A stretch of DNA of 64,000 nucleotides from Utricularia gibba (GCA_002189035.1 NEEC01000009.1:124001-188000), one strand, 5' to 3'; counted from the first letter of the stretch, positions 49,500-64,000 are shown. Notes: generated by a model not told the origin, from the letters alone. Made by a program: numbers and translations.

Positions 49500-52400
49500 G
49501 AATGACGAGGATAAAAATGTTGTCAATGCTGTTATTTGTGTTGTTGCGGAGCATTTTTGCATGTTAAATTTTCTATTTTGGTGGCACTGTTATTGTGGGG
49601 ACTGTTGACACAAATTGAAGTACTCTACGAAAGAAAAAATTGCAAAACAAATCTAGTACTTAAGTACTCTTATTTCTGATGTGAATAATTCTACCTTGGA
49701 TAATTTGAGAATAAGCAGAAATGTTTTGGGAGCCTATGTTTTCTTTTGCAAACATACTTAGGATTGAAGGCTTCAAGATACGTGACAGTGCTGGAAATAC
49801 AACTTCAAACGCTCCACTGAGATGATATCAAGGTATTTCAAGCTTGTAATTCAAGTGATACTCATACTCCATGAGATCCTCTTACAAAAACCAATACCTT
49901 TGAACTTAGCAGATTCATCTTCAAAATTCAGGTTTTTTTCAGGAATAATTTATTTCAAAATATGTTTAAAGATTGAGAAATAACTATTGATATACTTTTT
50001 TCAAAAAGAATTGTATAGGAGCTTTGGATAATACATATATTGAAACACGTGTAAAAGAAGTCGATAAGCCTTAGGAATCGCAAAGGCCATATTTCAACAA
50101 ATGTTCTCAGAGTATGCAATTAAGACATGAATTTCATATTTGTATTGGTTGGTTGGGAAGGCTCAGCTGTAGATAGTAGAGTATTGTGTGATGCATTAAA
50201 ACAGCCATTTGGTTTTCAAGTGCGCAAAGCTATGAATTACAAAAAATTGCAAAGGACAAGCTTTTTTGTGAGATTGGTGCTGCCATTCATTTTGCTTTAT
50301 TTGATATGAAAAAAATAAAGATGATGTGTGATTTAAGTTATTTCCTATGTATGAGAGTGAATTTAATTACTTTTATTTTTTATTTTTTCCACAGGTACAT
50401 ACTATTTGTGTGACAACAGATATGTCAATGCGGATGGATTTCTAGCACATTACAGGGTGTACGTTATCATTTGAAAAAATGGGGAGTTGGAAATCAAGTA
50501 CCTCAAAATGCAAAAGAGTACTTTAATATGTGACATGCATTTGCTACAAATGTAATTGAATGAGCTTGGGGTCTTATGAAAATGAGGTGAGCAATCCTTC
50601 GAAATGCATGCTTTTATCCTATTCAAACTCAAAACCACATTGTTTTGGTATGTGCTTTATTACATAATTTTATTCGTAAAGAAAGTCATGTGGACCCATT
50701 TGAAGAGTTGATTCTTGAGTAATATGAAAATATAGATGATGACAATGAAGAATTAGATGATCACATTTCTAATATTCATAGTTCTCCAATATGGAATTCA
50801 TGGAGTGATGATTATGCAGAGACATTATTCAATGCATGGCAGAGCTCCAGAAGAAGACATTAGGGATTTTTGTAAACATAGTTTGGGGGAGAGGGCTGTT
50901 TCATGCTTCTTTTTTCAATACACTTAGATGAAATAACAAAACATTGTGATGTGCCAACAAGAAAAAATTGTCCATTAGAAACCAATAAATCCAATTGCAA
51001 CAAGTTTCAACAATATTGAATTTATTTAACAAAGTCAAGCATAAAAACTAAAAGCAGCAAGTCTCCATTCAGCACTCCTCATGAATTACCTGCTTTCATA
51101 TATTGCAGCCAAGTTCTTCCCAATCAATTCATGCTCAGTTTCAGTAGACGCAAGAAAGTAATTGAGCTCCACCAAGTTAATGCAAATGGATTCACTTATA
51201 TCAAAATGCTGCATGGTAGATAATGGTAATGGCATTCCTCGGATGATTTCTGTGTATTAACTTGCTTTTCCTCATTCACCCGACCCTTTTCTCCCATCTT
51301 TGAGGCAATAGTCTGCAGTTCAGCACAAGTACAATCATTTAACGCATGCAGTGGTTCTTTTTCCCTTATTTAGAATTCCTTTCTTTTTTAAATGCATTGC
51401 ATTCTGCTTCTTTGGTCTTGGTTTCAGAATCAACCATTTGATGCTCTGAAATATTTATTGCTAATCTTTGTAGTATGGCCATGTTTTGAATCTCAAAGCA
51501 TACAATCTTGGACAATTCTAAACCAAATAATTGAGTGGATTATAATATCATTCAACTGATAAAAATCTAATTTTTTTTAAAAAAAATAGTTGATCTAAAA
51601 AGCATTACCCGCTCTTATTACTTCCAAACTTCATCGCTGCCATCCAACATATTTGTGTTGTCATCGAAATCAATGCTGATTTAGATAAGAAGTCTATTAA
51701 AGAATAATACTTTTTTTTCCAATTATAAACCTTGGATTTGATGTGTTGTGCTCAAGTGTCAATTCCTGGTCAAAGCTTCATGAAAGCTGTTTCAAGGGCC
51801 ACTTGGTACCCTCCTCTAAATCCATTTTCAATTTTCCAGGATTCTTCAATTATTTGTTTGAATGCTTCAATAAGATGCTTCTCTTCATCAAGTTTCCATT
51901 GGTGTTTAGTTTTTGTTTTTTTTTTTTTTTTTTGCATCATCTGTCTCATTTGTATTTCCACCTCTTTTTGGGGAAACTAAATCATCAAGTATTTATAATT
52001 AATAAATCCAACTACAATATTGTCGTATGTATATGAAAGCAGAATAATATATCATAAAACACTATATCAAAACTGATGCACTTAATTAATGTAATATGAC
52101 ACCGATAAAGGAACCCTAGTCGTACAAAGAATATTCAGATCATGTGATATTCAAAGATGAAACGGAGATGTACAAGATAAACAAACCGAATAATATTCAA
52201 AGACGAAGCCTAGACTTACAAGATCAACAAGATCAATGCAGATGGGAGGAGACCTTCATCCAACAAGATCGTCAATTGTGTGTCGATTAGGCTTGAAAAA
52301 TAAGAGTATTTATATTAAATTCATTGGACACAATTTTCATTATATTATAAATCCACATAACAAACACAACATTAATGTATTACCTAAATAAAGTAAAGTG

Positions 52401-52502
52401 ATATACCAAACATTATTTCATATATAAACCTACGTATATGAATTTATCTAAATCCAAATAATCTAAACCCATGAAAAACTAAATCAACTAACCAAACAAG
52501 GC
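49500..52502. mobile_element. Decayed PIF/Harbinger element: DDE transposase (+, about 49500-50860) and Myb/SANT ORF (-, about 51050-51970)
   Basis: FVLVGWEGSAVDSRVL and WKIENGFRGGYQVALET. Right TIR AACCAAACAAGGC|TTA at about 52490-52505. The left TIR was not found. Confidence 0.8.
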
Positions 52503-55500
52503 TTAATAGCTACTTTGAACTCAAAAGCTACACCGCAACAATGAATCAACTCTTAGCTACAAGAGCGACTTTCTTCGTCCTCTCAAAAAGCAAGAAGCAA
52601 GGAAACACCCGTTATACTTCTTATCTAAAGAGGGTGCTGAAATCCATTCACATTGATTCGTGAGTTACTGTTGGTATAGATAAAGAAAGGTACTACAGAA
52701 GAAAAACCAGTAAAATCCATTAAACTTATGCGCAAACAATTGGCTACTAGAATGCATTAGAAACACTGCATTATAATGCTTGCAATTTATACTTATAAGG
52801 TCCATCGCAAACACCGTGATGGTTGCATTGCAATGTTGGCACTTTTGTATATGCGCATGAAATCTCTTATGATATTATTGTCATGAGGGAAATCCACAAT
52901 CATCAATTTTGGTGAATTTCTTATTCTAACTGAAAAGCATTCATAGTTTTATTATTCTCAAGCTTATCATTCTCATTCTTCTTATATTGTAATAAGAATA
53001 ACCTTCAAAATAAAACAATCTTTAAAATATGATCGTTTACGAAAGGAATTCCATCCATAACACTTGAGAGTTCATATAGTCAAAAGTTTAATCAGTAAAT
53101 TATTTAACTTCATTCATTTGCTTGTTTGTATATTCATTCACATGACCTGTTCATTAGTGTTCAAAATTATTTAATAACTGAATTTCAAATGTTAAAAAAA
53201 TTAGGAGAGTAGGAGAGACAAGACTCAAATATTGGGCCCAAATCTAAAAACAAAAGTTGGTTTTTCAAATTAAGTGATAAGGGAGGAAGGAAACAACCGT
53301 TGCTTGCCCCTTATTATCTGTCTTTGGTCGCAGGATAATAAAATCTGCATGAAAAAAATGTCCAAATATTAACAAGGCTAATATTTGGCTATCGTTTTAA
53401 TTTGCATTCAATTGTTCAATTATTATCCATCGATCATCATTACTATATGTCATTTAAAGTCTAATGATCATGGTTCATCGGCTATCATTTTAATTTTCAT
53501 TTGCTTTTTGTTAATGTTGAATTTTTTTTTAGGAATTTATATTTCGTTTTTATAATGTTTACAAATTGTTGATTGTTGAATTCTGATTTATTTATATTTA
53601 TTTTTTATTTTATCATGATTATAGAAATATTTTATTGTTCTGACAATAATGATAAAAATAATCGATGAAATTTATTTCTAAAAGTTCAATTGAATTTATC
53701 TTTGGAGAAAATATGCATATTCCAAGTTTCATTATTTTTTTAGTTAAAAATTACTTTACTTTAGTATTTTTAAAAATAATTTAGTACAAGTTAAATATTA
53801 TAATTGACGTTACTCCAATACATTCGTAAATTTTCAAATGAAGAATCCACGCACCCGTATCTATATATCCTAACCAGATACATGAATTTTGATAAGTCCA
53901 AAAGCTTTCTAACATCACACTAGTATTGAAATCAAAGTTGCTTTTTTTTTTATTATTACATCAAAAGAGACAATTATTATTAACTCACCTTCTGAAAAAC
54001 AACCTAAGCATCATCACGGCATTCCAAAAATCATATGCTATGGCATACCAAGATCATTGAAGTAGCAATGTCTAGGTAGATGGATACCCGGACAAGAAAG
54101 TATTAGGGAAAGATAATATATCAACAAGTAAAGCTCATATATGATTCATGCTCAAGAAGGTAATACCTTGATGGATATGCCTTGATAATGAGTTGATAAC
54201 AAAGATTTTTTTAATATTTTTATATTATAAAATACACATAACTAACCATGCATATTTGAATACAAAAGTGTACTTTTGAATCACATCTCAAAGTCCACTA
54301 CTAGCAGATTCTACATTGACACAATAGTAATACAATGAAAACCTAAGGAGACAAGGATGAAAAGAGAAAGAATGAGGTACAACTAGATTCCAAGAAGATA
54401 AGAAAAAGATATTTTCGCCGCAAAAGGGAATCAAGAAGTAAATAGAAAGAATAAAAAACTAAGAGAAAAAACATCAGAAGAAAAAAATTGAAGAAGGAAC
54501 AAGAGAAGAAAAATAAATTTTTAGATCATGCGACAAAACTTTCTAACAAGAATGTTATCTCTAATTAGAAGCAGACTGTTATTCGAAAACTTGTTCATTT
54601 GACACTACAATTTATTTTTTATTTAGACTTTAACTATGAAAATGTATTCGATGTCATTTTATGTGTTTGTCTTTTTTCGTTTAGCATGAATAGATAAGCA
54701 AAATGTGACACTTTGGGATCGAAAAGGGTGGATTTATTTATTGTACTCAAGTCTATAACAATCGATTTTTTATACAATTTTCTCGTATAGATAGATTTAG
54801 AAGGAAGAAATAGTGATGTATTTAACATAAGAAACCTAACTAAAGTATATCAAAAGTTAGAATAAATAAAGATTAAGTAGACTTCAGACTTCTTGTGGGA
54901 TAACTGATTTAATGGGTTGGAATGAGAAAAGTGATGAATACACTACCCATCTTAAGGCATCCCATTAGTTTCTTTTAGATTATAATATGCTTTACTTTGT
55001 TTATTATTTTTATTATAATATTTTATCATGAAAAAACCATATGTATTAATTTTCATTCAACAATTACTTTGGTATTCGTATTCAACCATGATTCCATTAC
55101 ACACATATTATAGTGGAATCAATAACAACGATGATTTTCTATTTCATCATTGCAATATAGTAGCTGATTCATTTTATGTAAGTACGTTATTAACACAACC
55201 ACAATCGCACTTAATATGATATGAAATTCACTTGAAAGATTCATGTCACCTACACAACAAGGAAAATCGGCAAGAAAAATATATCAAATAAATGTCGACA
55301 AGCAATTGACCAATAGAATACTTGTTAAAGATATAAAAACCATGAAATGCAGCATCACAATTGGATTTCCCAGCGTAAAGCACAGCCTGCATTGAATTTG
55401 AGTTTCAAATAAAGCAAAAAAAAGAAAGATGCAAGCCATGTTTACATAAATTCACCCTCTCACTCAATTTATGTAAAATGGTCATAACAGTTTCCCATTA

Positions 55501-55970
55501 AATTGTAAATAGCATATTGGTTTATTTTTATCCATCTACAACTTATGAAGCAAACATGGGTTTAGAGTTTAACCCAAATCCACATAATCTCCTCCATCAA
55601 ATAGTTCCCGTGGAAATTATTTATATGATATGAGCATTATAATTGGTTTTCTCACTATTCAAATTATTAAATTTTATATTATTTTTTAAAAAAGAAACAA
55701 ATTAACATTAATCAATCCAAACAAAAGTCACCTAGAAATCGATTGTTTGTGAAAAACATTTTGGGATTAAAAAATTCTGATTTTATGATAAAAGGTTTTG
55801 ATACAACAGGCATCCATTGACCACTTACTAGCACTCACTGAATACACATGAACTTTATTCATATAAAACCTCACATATTAACACTTGGAACGCTTTCCAA
55901 GAACAACTTGGTCCATATCTCATGATTCCTCTGTTTTGATTCTACTCAACTTTGGACCTTCTACCCTCCC

Positions 55971-58900
55971 GGTGTGTTTGGTTAGAGATATGGTTAGGTA
56001 TAGGATTTGATGATTATTAAGTATTTGGGAGTAATTGATATAGGATGGGGTAAAGAAGTGATGTGTTTGGTTAGAATAAAAAGAGATAGATTTTTTTAAT
56101 TTTTTTACTATTTTATATCAACTAAAATTATAACCCTAAATAAAAAATATAAAATTCAATTCACTAATGGATCTTCTATATTTTATGTCTCTAGATTTCA
56201 TCTCCCGCCTTAGAGAATGGCACGAAGTTCTTCAAGCAATTGTCGAAGAATGGCTTCAATGGCTGATGAAGGCTAGTTTTGAGAGTTTCATTCTTGTTCT
56301 ACAATTAGTATTGTACATAGCCCGTATTTTTAGTTGCTAGAAATGAAACAAGTGATTGTTTATGGAAAAAAGTCAATTCTTTTGCTTTAACAATTGATTA
56401 TTTTCGTTACTGTTGTGAAACGAAACAAGTGATTGTTTGTGAAAAGATTGATTTTGTTGCTGTGACAAATGAACGTTGTTGTAACAAGTGAATGTTTGTA
56501 AAGATAAACAAATAATTATTTTTTAATATTGTAAGATTATTGATGCTCTTTTATTCGTTTTAAAAATATGCAAATTTGTGTGAATGGACAGCACTTAGAT
56601 TTTAATACTATTTACCAATGCATGTCTATATTAATTTGTGATGCACATGAGGATAATGAAAAAAGAGTTTGGGTCGAGGAATAAGAAAACGCCTTGATCC
56701 TTGCTTTCAAACAGATAATTGTAGATAATTGGAAGTACGATAATTCATTTAAGGCCAGATATCTTGGTGTATTGGAGGAAATCTTGAAGAAAATGTTACC
56801 AAGGGGTAACATCAAGAGTAACACCCATATTTCTTCTAAGTATAAGGCTTGGAAAAGAAACTTCGAAAAGGTACACGACTTTGTTTCAAGATCTGGAAAT
56901 AGCCTTGATTCAATGACAAATTAGATTGATGTGTCTAAGGAGCATTGGGATGAGTTGTTAAAGGTACAATTTAATTGACCTTCGATTTAATATTATGTAT
57001 ATTAACTCATACAATTTTATTGATTTCTTTTCTTTTGTATAGCATGATAGGAAAGACCTATATTGCTTTGAAAGATAAAACTTTTCCCTAATATAACAAT
57101 TGACTTGAAATCTTCGGTAAAGATCATGCAAATGAAAATGGTACAATAGGTGCGACTGATGACAGATTAGAGAATATTGCTGCCTCTTCTCCCAACCTTG
57201 CAAGTGAATCTGGATTTTCAACGTAGATGAGAGCTGGTGTTGATCTTGAGGAGTCTCCTTCAACTTGTGGTAAAAGTAGTAGCCTAAAGAAAATGAAAAA
57301 GATTGATGATATTGGTCCGTTTTGGGATAGAATGGAGGCTTTTATGAAGATAAACAATGACTCGTTCATGAATGCGATGCAGACGCTAATAGTCGCCGAA
57401 ACTGAAACACTAAAGTCTCATGACATAATACTCGGCATGGACCTTACTAAGGCCAAAAAGATTGTAGCTTACACCAGCCTTTTTAATGATCCGGCTCATG
57501 TGTCATACTTCATAGAATTGAATGAAGAAGCTCGTGAAGATGACCTAAAAGACATTACTTTCTATTAGTTACGTAATGACTGCTTTGTGTAATAGACTGA
57601 TCTTTTGTTTGGGGTTAGTATTCCCCTTGGTCTAGTTAACTGCAGAATACTAAACTACGCAATTGTCATATTTCATGAACTTTTTGTTATGATCCGTTGT
57701 GATTCAGAAAATACGTTCAACATGAAAATTGTAGATCTCTGAGTTTACTTACTATAGAATTTTAAAACACGCAATTTGGATACATCAAAAGTTGTGTTTA
57801 ATTTCCTACAAGTTGCCATTTGAGAGCATTGGTTGCAGAATACTAAACTACACGACTGTCATGCTTCGAAAACTTTTTGTTATGATCCGTTGTGATTCAA
57901 AAACTATATTCAACATAAAAAATTGTAGCTCTCGGAGTGCAGTTTCAATAGAGTTTTAAAACACTCAATTTGCATAACTACATCAAAAGTTGTGTTTAAT
58001 TTCCTATAAGCTACCATTTGACATTATTGGCTGTAGAATACTGAACTACACGACTGTCATGCTTCGTAAAATTTCTGTTATGATCCGTTGTGATTCAGAA
58101 ACTATATTCAACGTAATAATTGTAGGTGTCTTAGTGTAGTTTTTATAGAATTTTAAAACACTCAATTTGGATGACTACATAAAAAATTATGTTTAATTTC
58201 CTATAAGTTGCCCTTTGAGAACATGACAAAATCATAAGGTGATTACAATATTTCATGGTTTCACACGTATAATGTGCAGCATTCCTCTGATCCAATGATC
58301 AAAATGTTCAACACAATAACGCATAAAAAATTCTATAAATGTAAAGTTACAAAATTCTACATAAGACAACAAGTTCATGGCTTAAAACAATATTAGGGAT
58401 TCAACATTTGGAACTAAGCATTCAACCATTCTTCATATATTGTAGTAGAAGATCATCACGTAAAGCATTCCAAGCAGGGGTAAATTCAACCGTATCAATG
58501 TAATCTTCACCTTTTTCATTCACCTCTTGATAATCTTTCAGGACTTCGGCCTATATTGGATAGTGCTTCATTTCTCGACGTATGAAATTATGGACTAAGA
58601 CACATGCGATGATCATTCTCGTTTATGTCCGGATGGCATAGAAGGATGGACTCCATAGAATACCCCATCGCTTTTTTATTATCCCCATGCTCTCTCAATT
58701 ACGTTTCTTGCCTTCATATGTCGCATGTTGTAATATTCCTTTTCGTTTTATGGTACTTCCGTTCAAAGCCCCCATTCCTTTAGATAGTAGTGTATACCAT
58801 GATACGGGGTTAGAAACCCCTCACAATTGGTATATCTATAATCACCTAGATAGTAATAGTCTACAAAAAGAATCGTACTTAGATAGCCACTCAAAATATC

Positions 58901-60505
58901 ACATTTTTCCAAAAAATTGCTGCTTGTTTTATATAAAAAAAACTGATGGTCATCATGTAGTTTGAAATTTGATCAAGTTAACAAAAAAAAAATAATTTGA
59001 TCACATAAGCATCCATGACAAAAAGGATCAAAACTCACACACATTTAATAAAAAAACAAAGGCAAACATCATGTAAATAGAATCTACAAGGTCATATACA
59101 TCATGCATCAAAAGCAACAACATAAAAAAATGATACAAATTTAGAATCTGGCCATTTTTTAAACAAGTTTTCCAAGCTTATGATCTACCCATTTTTTCAA
59201 AATGAGATGTACTCGAAATAATCACAAAAATAATCACATTACCCGTACGAACACGAAAACCTGGATTCCGAGTAAGTGCATGACGTAGAAAACACTTGTC
59301 CGCAGCCGAACCTTCCCAACCAACAAGTATATATATAAAGTACATTTTCTCATTGCAAGCCTCTAGAAAGTTGGTTGATATTCCACCTTTATAACTTCTA
59401 TAGCATCCTTTTCCAGACTCTTTAACCATAACATCTACAAAAGTTTCATCAAAAGCCTCCAAACAATTTTCAAAATATTTGAAAGGATGTTCGCCAACTA
59501 TGGGTTCTAGTTTCACTAAAAAAATATCATGTAATCTCATAATACACTGAAATACGGAGTTAACATACTTGCTAATTGTCTCAGTAGACCTTTTAAAATC
59601 GAACATAAGAATTCTCATTTTCTTGTGATGACTTAGGACACTAAGGAAAAGGGCTACTTTTTAAGACACTGTAACATATTTCGATTACTTCAATTCACCA
59701 CAAACAGATAATAAAACACATAGATGCTTGAAAATATCTTCATTGATCTTAAGATTTTCAAGAGAAGCAACTTGACGATCACTAAAAAAGTCTATTAAAT
59801 ATGCAATTTGTCTAGGAATCTTTTCTTTCATAGAATAGGTAATTCGGGCTCTAACATTTTGACGCAACTTCCTAATCCAAAACCATAAAAATGCATGCTC
59901 CATTTGGAAAAAATTATTTGAATAAAAACTTCAACATGAAATTAAGTGAAAACATTTGGACCCATGGATAGTATAATTAATAAAACTCTTGTGAGAAAAA
60001 AAGACTTCCAATTACCGAATTTAGGCACTAACTTGAAAATACTATCGAATTTAGGCAACTAACTTGAAAAATCAATCCAACAATTTTAGCAAATGCTAAT
60101 TTCATTGAACATAAACTTCTAACATAAAAAAGTATGCAAATCCCATACCTGCAAGATATTGGATGAATTCAACCAAATTTTAGAAAAATAAGCAACAAAT
60201 GTAAGAGGAAATAAGGTAGATAGATCGCACGCAACTTTTTCTGAAAAGTCCAGCGAGAATCAACGCTCCAATCGGCCAATTCAAAGATCTAGGTTTTTTG
60301 GACAAAATTGTGAGAAGAATTGATGCTTTATTTTTCAGTTTTTTTTATTAAATTGAAATTATAAAAATAAAGTTAAAATTGTAAATATACTATGAGATAT
60401 TAGAAGGTCCAAAGGTGCAAGTCTCCACACCCAAATCCTATATATGAGATATATTGAATTACTTTATTAAAAAACCATGAGATACGCATCTTTCGTATCA
60501 AACAC
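55971..60505. mobile_element. Decayed PIF/Harbinger element: Myb/SANT ORF (+, about 56615-57568) and DDE transposase (-, about 59903-58420)
   Basis: Left TIR-like GGTGTGTTTGGTT and tentative right ATCAAACAC. Motifs WKYDNSFKARYLGVLEE, RSTETISKY and YILVGWEGSAAD. Confidence 0.82.
57641..58222. repeat. Tandem array of three ~195-bp units
   Basis: TG(C/T)AGAATACT(A/G)AACTAC recurs at 57641, 57834 and 58032. TTATGATCCGTTGTGATTCA and TTTAATTTCCTA occur in every unit. Confidence 0.92.
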
Positions 60506-60526
60506 TGAATATGAAGTCCAATCCCT

Positions 60527-61900
60527 CTAAAATAACTCAAATCCTCCATACGAAACACACTCTCCTCTGTATCCACCTCCATACCCTCCACGATATCCTC
60601 CATATCCGCCCCCATATCCCCCGCCATATCTACCCCCATTCCCACCACCATATTGATCGGTAACCTCATGGTTCTTTGATAAATGAAAAATTCACACATA
60701 TTGTAAATATGAAAATTCATGTATCAAATAAAATTATAAACTTAATTCACATCCATCTATATAACAAATATGTATATAGTAGACTGGGGTTGAAAACATA
60801 GAGCTTGGTGCTTGCTATTTGAAGGTTAATATATGCTATTTTTGTCACGATTGGAAATTTTAGTTTAAGTTATGACTAAAAGTTTCACAACAATATGCAA
60901 AAAAACAGTAAACAGGTAAAAACAATTCCTTATCTAAAATTAATCAAGGTGATGCCATGGGATTTTTTGGGATTGCATGCTTATCACTATAATAACCTCA
61001 TATAAACTACAAATCATACATATAACAAACAAAGGTTTATGTCTACCCACATTCTTATTTTTTCTCGATCTTTGGTCTACTTCCAATTAGGGTTATTAAG
61101 ATAAATATCACTACCTCCCCCTCATGTATCTATCCTAGTTTGTGAAGCAATTATTGTAATTCATGGCTAATAAAGTCAAAAAAAATGATTTGCACAGTAT
61201 CTACCATTTTGTACCAAGGCATCCTTAGTTTTGCATGGTGATAATAGTCATTTTCCTAACTTAAAACTACTAAAAACATATGTGTTATCATTCTCATAAG
61301 GAACATCTTGCCACCTACCGCCCCAATGATCTGTCCCAAATTCAGATTTCTTCTTAATTGCTACTTCATTCCCTTAGATGGGTTGATAAGAATTTTGGAC
61401 ACTATCATTTTAGTGTGTGAAAAAAATAAACACTCTCAGTATAAAATTTTTGATTGGATGTGTGAGAGAGATTGGAAAAATACCTGCTTTTCTTAATGAA
61501 CTTCTATGAGATACATAAATATTACCAAAGCCATAAACATGATCACCACAAAACTAAACTATTGTGAACATTGAATTACCAGGTTTAGAAGGATGGGGAT
61601 CTTGGGCAAGCTCCCTAGCTACAACTTAGGATGACAAGAAAAGAACAAAGGCTAAGAATAAACAGATCTGTTTGGTACAATTTCTATTTCAATAAAAATA
61701 TTTATAGAAGTGATTCTCGTACTAAACATGTAATTGTTTCTACTCCAAATGGAATTGAAACAATGAAGTAATTAAATTTTTTTAAAAGCTGAAGTACCCT
61801 TTTCGAAAAAAAATTATAATGCTTCTAGAATCCATTATTTAAAACAGTTTTTTGAAGTTAGACCAAAAACACCGTAATTGTGAAAGGTTTTGGAAGCCAT
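60527..61900 (-). pseudogene. Glycine-rich protein (GRP3/nodulin-like, PF07172-type) pseudogene
   Basis: TATAAATA at 61949-61942, then ATG 61900 MASKTF..GLFLAFVLFLSS*VVARELAQ split by a 209-bp insertion, a donor at 61579, and last exon VTDQYGGGNGGRYGGGYGGGYGGYRGG..ECVSYGG*. Confidence 0.7.
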
Positions 61901-64000
61901 AATGGCTGCTTTCTTGTACAAAGAGATCCACTTTGCTTCTGTATTTATAGGAGCATACCTCTAATACATCAACTTCACTGTGAAACACATCTTTGTGGCA
62001 GTTCATATTGCCGTTGGCGTTTGCATCAACCAAAGACTTGGTCATCTTCAATTCCGGGGGAGGGAGGGGGACGTTTAGAAAAATTCTTGAGATTTTATGG
62101 GATTTTCTCTTCTTCTCTGATGATGTTGATGACACAAAAAATCACTTGATTTTAATTGAATTTAAAATTCTAATAAAATAATAATTATTTACAATTAGAG
62201 GTATTGATTATCATAAAAATTAATTCATATTTAAAATATAAAAAATGAAAAATGATTTTCATAAGTAAATAATATATTTATATTTATTTATTAATAAAAT
62301 ATAATTCATTTATATTATATAAATCTGTAAATTATATTTATATTATTACTATTTGTATTAAAAATAATTTAAACTTAATAGTTTAACTGAGTAAAATAAA
62401 AATATTAATTTTTTTTAAAGAATACTGAGTATAATTATAAATTTAAATTTCAAAATCAATTCTAATAAGATACTCCTCATACTTCTAATAAAATTGATTT
62501 TTGATACTGATTCTATAAATACATAAAAACCATCATAATAAATAAATATATTTTCAATAAAAAATTTATTATTTTATTATTTTTTAAAAATATACTTGAA
62601 ATAAATGAAAATGAAAAAAAGATGAGTTTTAAAAACAATAAAAACAATAAAAATAATGACTTTTGTTAAAGTTTCCATCATGCACAAGCTTAACTTTATA
62701 TGTGCATATAAGACTCAAAAACTTATTTGATTGTAGAAATTTTAGAGATACTATTCTAAAGTAATGCTATTTGTTAACCATCATGTTACTATTTCTCATT
62801 TAGCATAGTTATAGAATCAACTATGTCAATAAAATCATTTCACATTTTGTGATAACACATGTCATTCTCACGTCCGATCTTAAATCTTTGTAGCACTCAC
62901 CCTCACAAATAGATTAGGTTGAATATATCTTAACAGCATTGTCCAATTTGACCCCTCTTCTTAGGTGCTTTAGACCACTTTGAGATTTTTCAACATTCCA
63001 TTAGGAGTGTGTGGTATTAAAAATATGTTAGCAAAAACTAAAACATTACGACAAATGAAAATAAAACTCAAATTAAATATTGAATAATATAGTACAATAG
63101 TTATATGCATAGGGACTTGCCCAAATAAAGTTTCACCACATGTTATCAGTGCAAGCATCTATATACATATGTTTGATTCTAACATGAAAATAAACACAAA
63201 ATTAAAATAAAACATAAAAATAGTCAAAGACATATATAATGATTGAAAGATTTAAGTATTTATAAGAGAGAAAATCTAAATACTATATTGGACTTATTTG
63301 ATTAATTTGAATAAGATGTTTTATTTAAATATTATATCTAAATATTTCAATATCATTTTTTCAATCTTTATCTCATTAATGAATATCAAACCAAATTTTC
63401 ATCCTTCAACTTATTCTTGAATTCAAACAAACTCGTAAATTATTGAATTTTGATTTTTCTTTATTTAAAAATTCTAAAAAATCCATAAAATTCAATTTCT
63501 CTATAAAAATATCAAATTAGTATAAAATATATAAAATTAATAAAAAATTAATGACCAATTAGAATATAATGTACTAAAAATAACCTTTATAGTGATGAAA
63601 AAATATATTTTAAAATAATATAACATTAATTATCAATTTCATAAAGAATGAATTTCATAACATTGATTTCCCAAATGTTGTGTAATTTAAAATATTGGTT
63701 AGACACTATATATTGATTTTTGGAATATTCCCGGATCCAATCCAACCCCCGATTCTACAAGGCATTAAATCCGTTAGCGTGCAACTCTGCCCCTCTGCGA
63801 TTGATTGGCTAACAGCCGCCACCGTGTCTTCCGTCCAGCCATCCCCTCAGCGGGCCCCACGAGTTGAAAAAATAAATCTCTTATTATGAAAAGTATCTAT
63901 TCTTTATTCATTTCACAAATATCTAATGCTATTCATACGTTTTCAATTAACCAAAGCCTCACGTGATGAATCCATTAAAGGTACATGAAAAACAAAGCAA

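Noticed and set aside
60565-60650. (YPPP)n extensin-like peptide on the + strand
   Set aside because: It is the antisense reading of the GGGY repeat of the minus-strand GRP and has no start codon or signal peptide.
61839-62135. 98-aa minus-strand ORF with faint kinase-like wording (FHSEVDVL)
   Set aside because: No catalytic motifs. It overlaps the TATA box and start of the GRP pseudogene in another frame.
1-64000. tRNA, rRNA, snRNA genes and CRISPR arrays
   Set aside because: None recognised by eye. A covariance-model scan would be needed to exclude small RNAs.

Overview
Plant (eudicot-type) nuclear DNA in two parts. Bases 1-35,000 are gene-dense with short introns: two tandem GDSL lipases, pTAC3, an AMT1 ammonium transporter with one intron, an uncharacterised plant-specific protein, a type I MADS-box gene, a secreted glycine-rich protein, an HHP/PAQR membrane protein, a PHR1-like MYB-CC factor, an LBD factor and an RMD1/DUF155 (RRL-like) gene. 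A decayed copia element with a nested solo LTR sits at about 7.7-11.4 kb. Bases 35,000-64,000 are mostly decayed transposons: a TSD-bounded copia with two nested solo LTRs, a TSD-bounded MULE carrying a Ulp1-like SUMO-protease pseudogene with a PIF/Harbinger element inside one intron, two more Harbinger elements (one with a ~195-bp tandem array) and a GRP pseudogene. Most notable: (1) an extra 96-nt in-frame GC-AG intron flanked by a CAGGCA direct repeat in GDSL gene 1 and absent from its tandem paralog; (2) three weak GC donors among the 39 introns I parsed; (3) eight single-base losses in G/C runs that break four adjacent genes at 23.3-29.1 kb, most likely assembly error; (4) the Ulp1-carrying MULE. 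I found nothing I can support as a new multi-gene system. All family assignments come from motif recognition by eye, with no database search, and the species cannot be determined.
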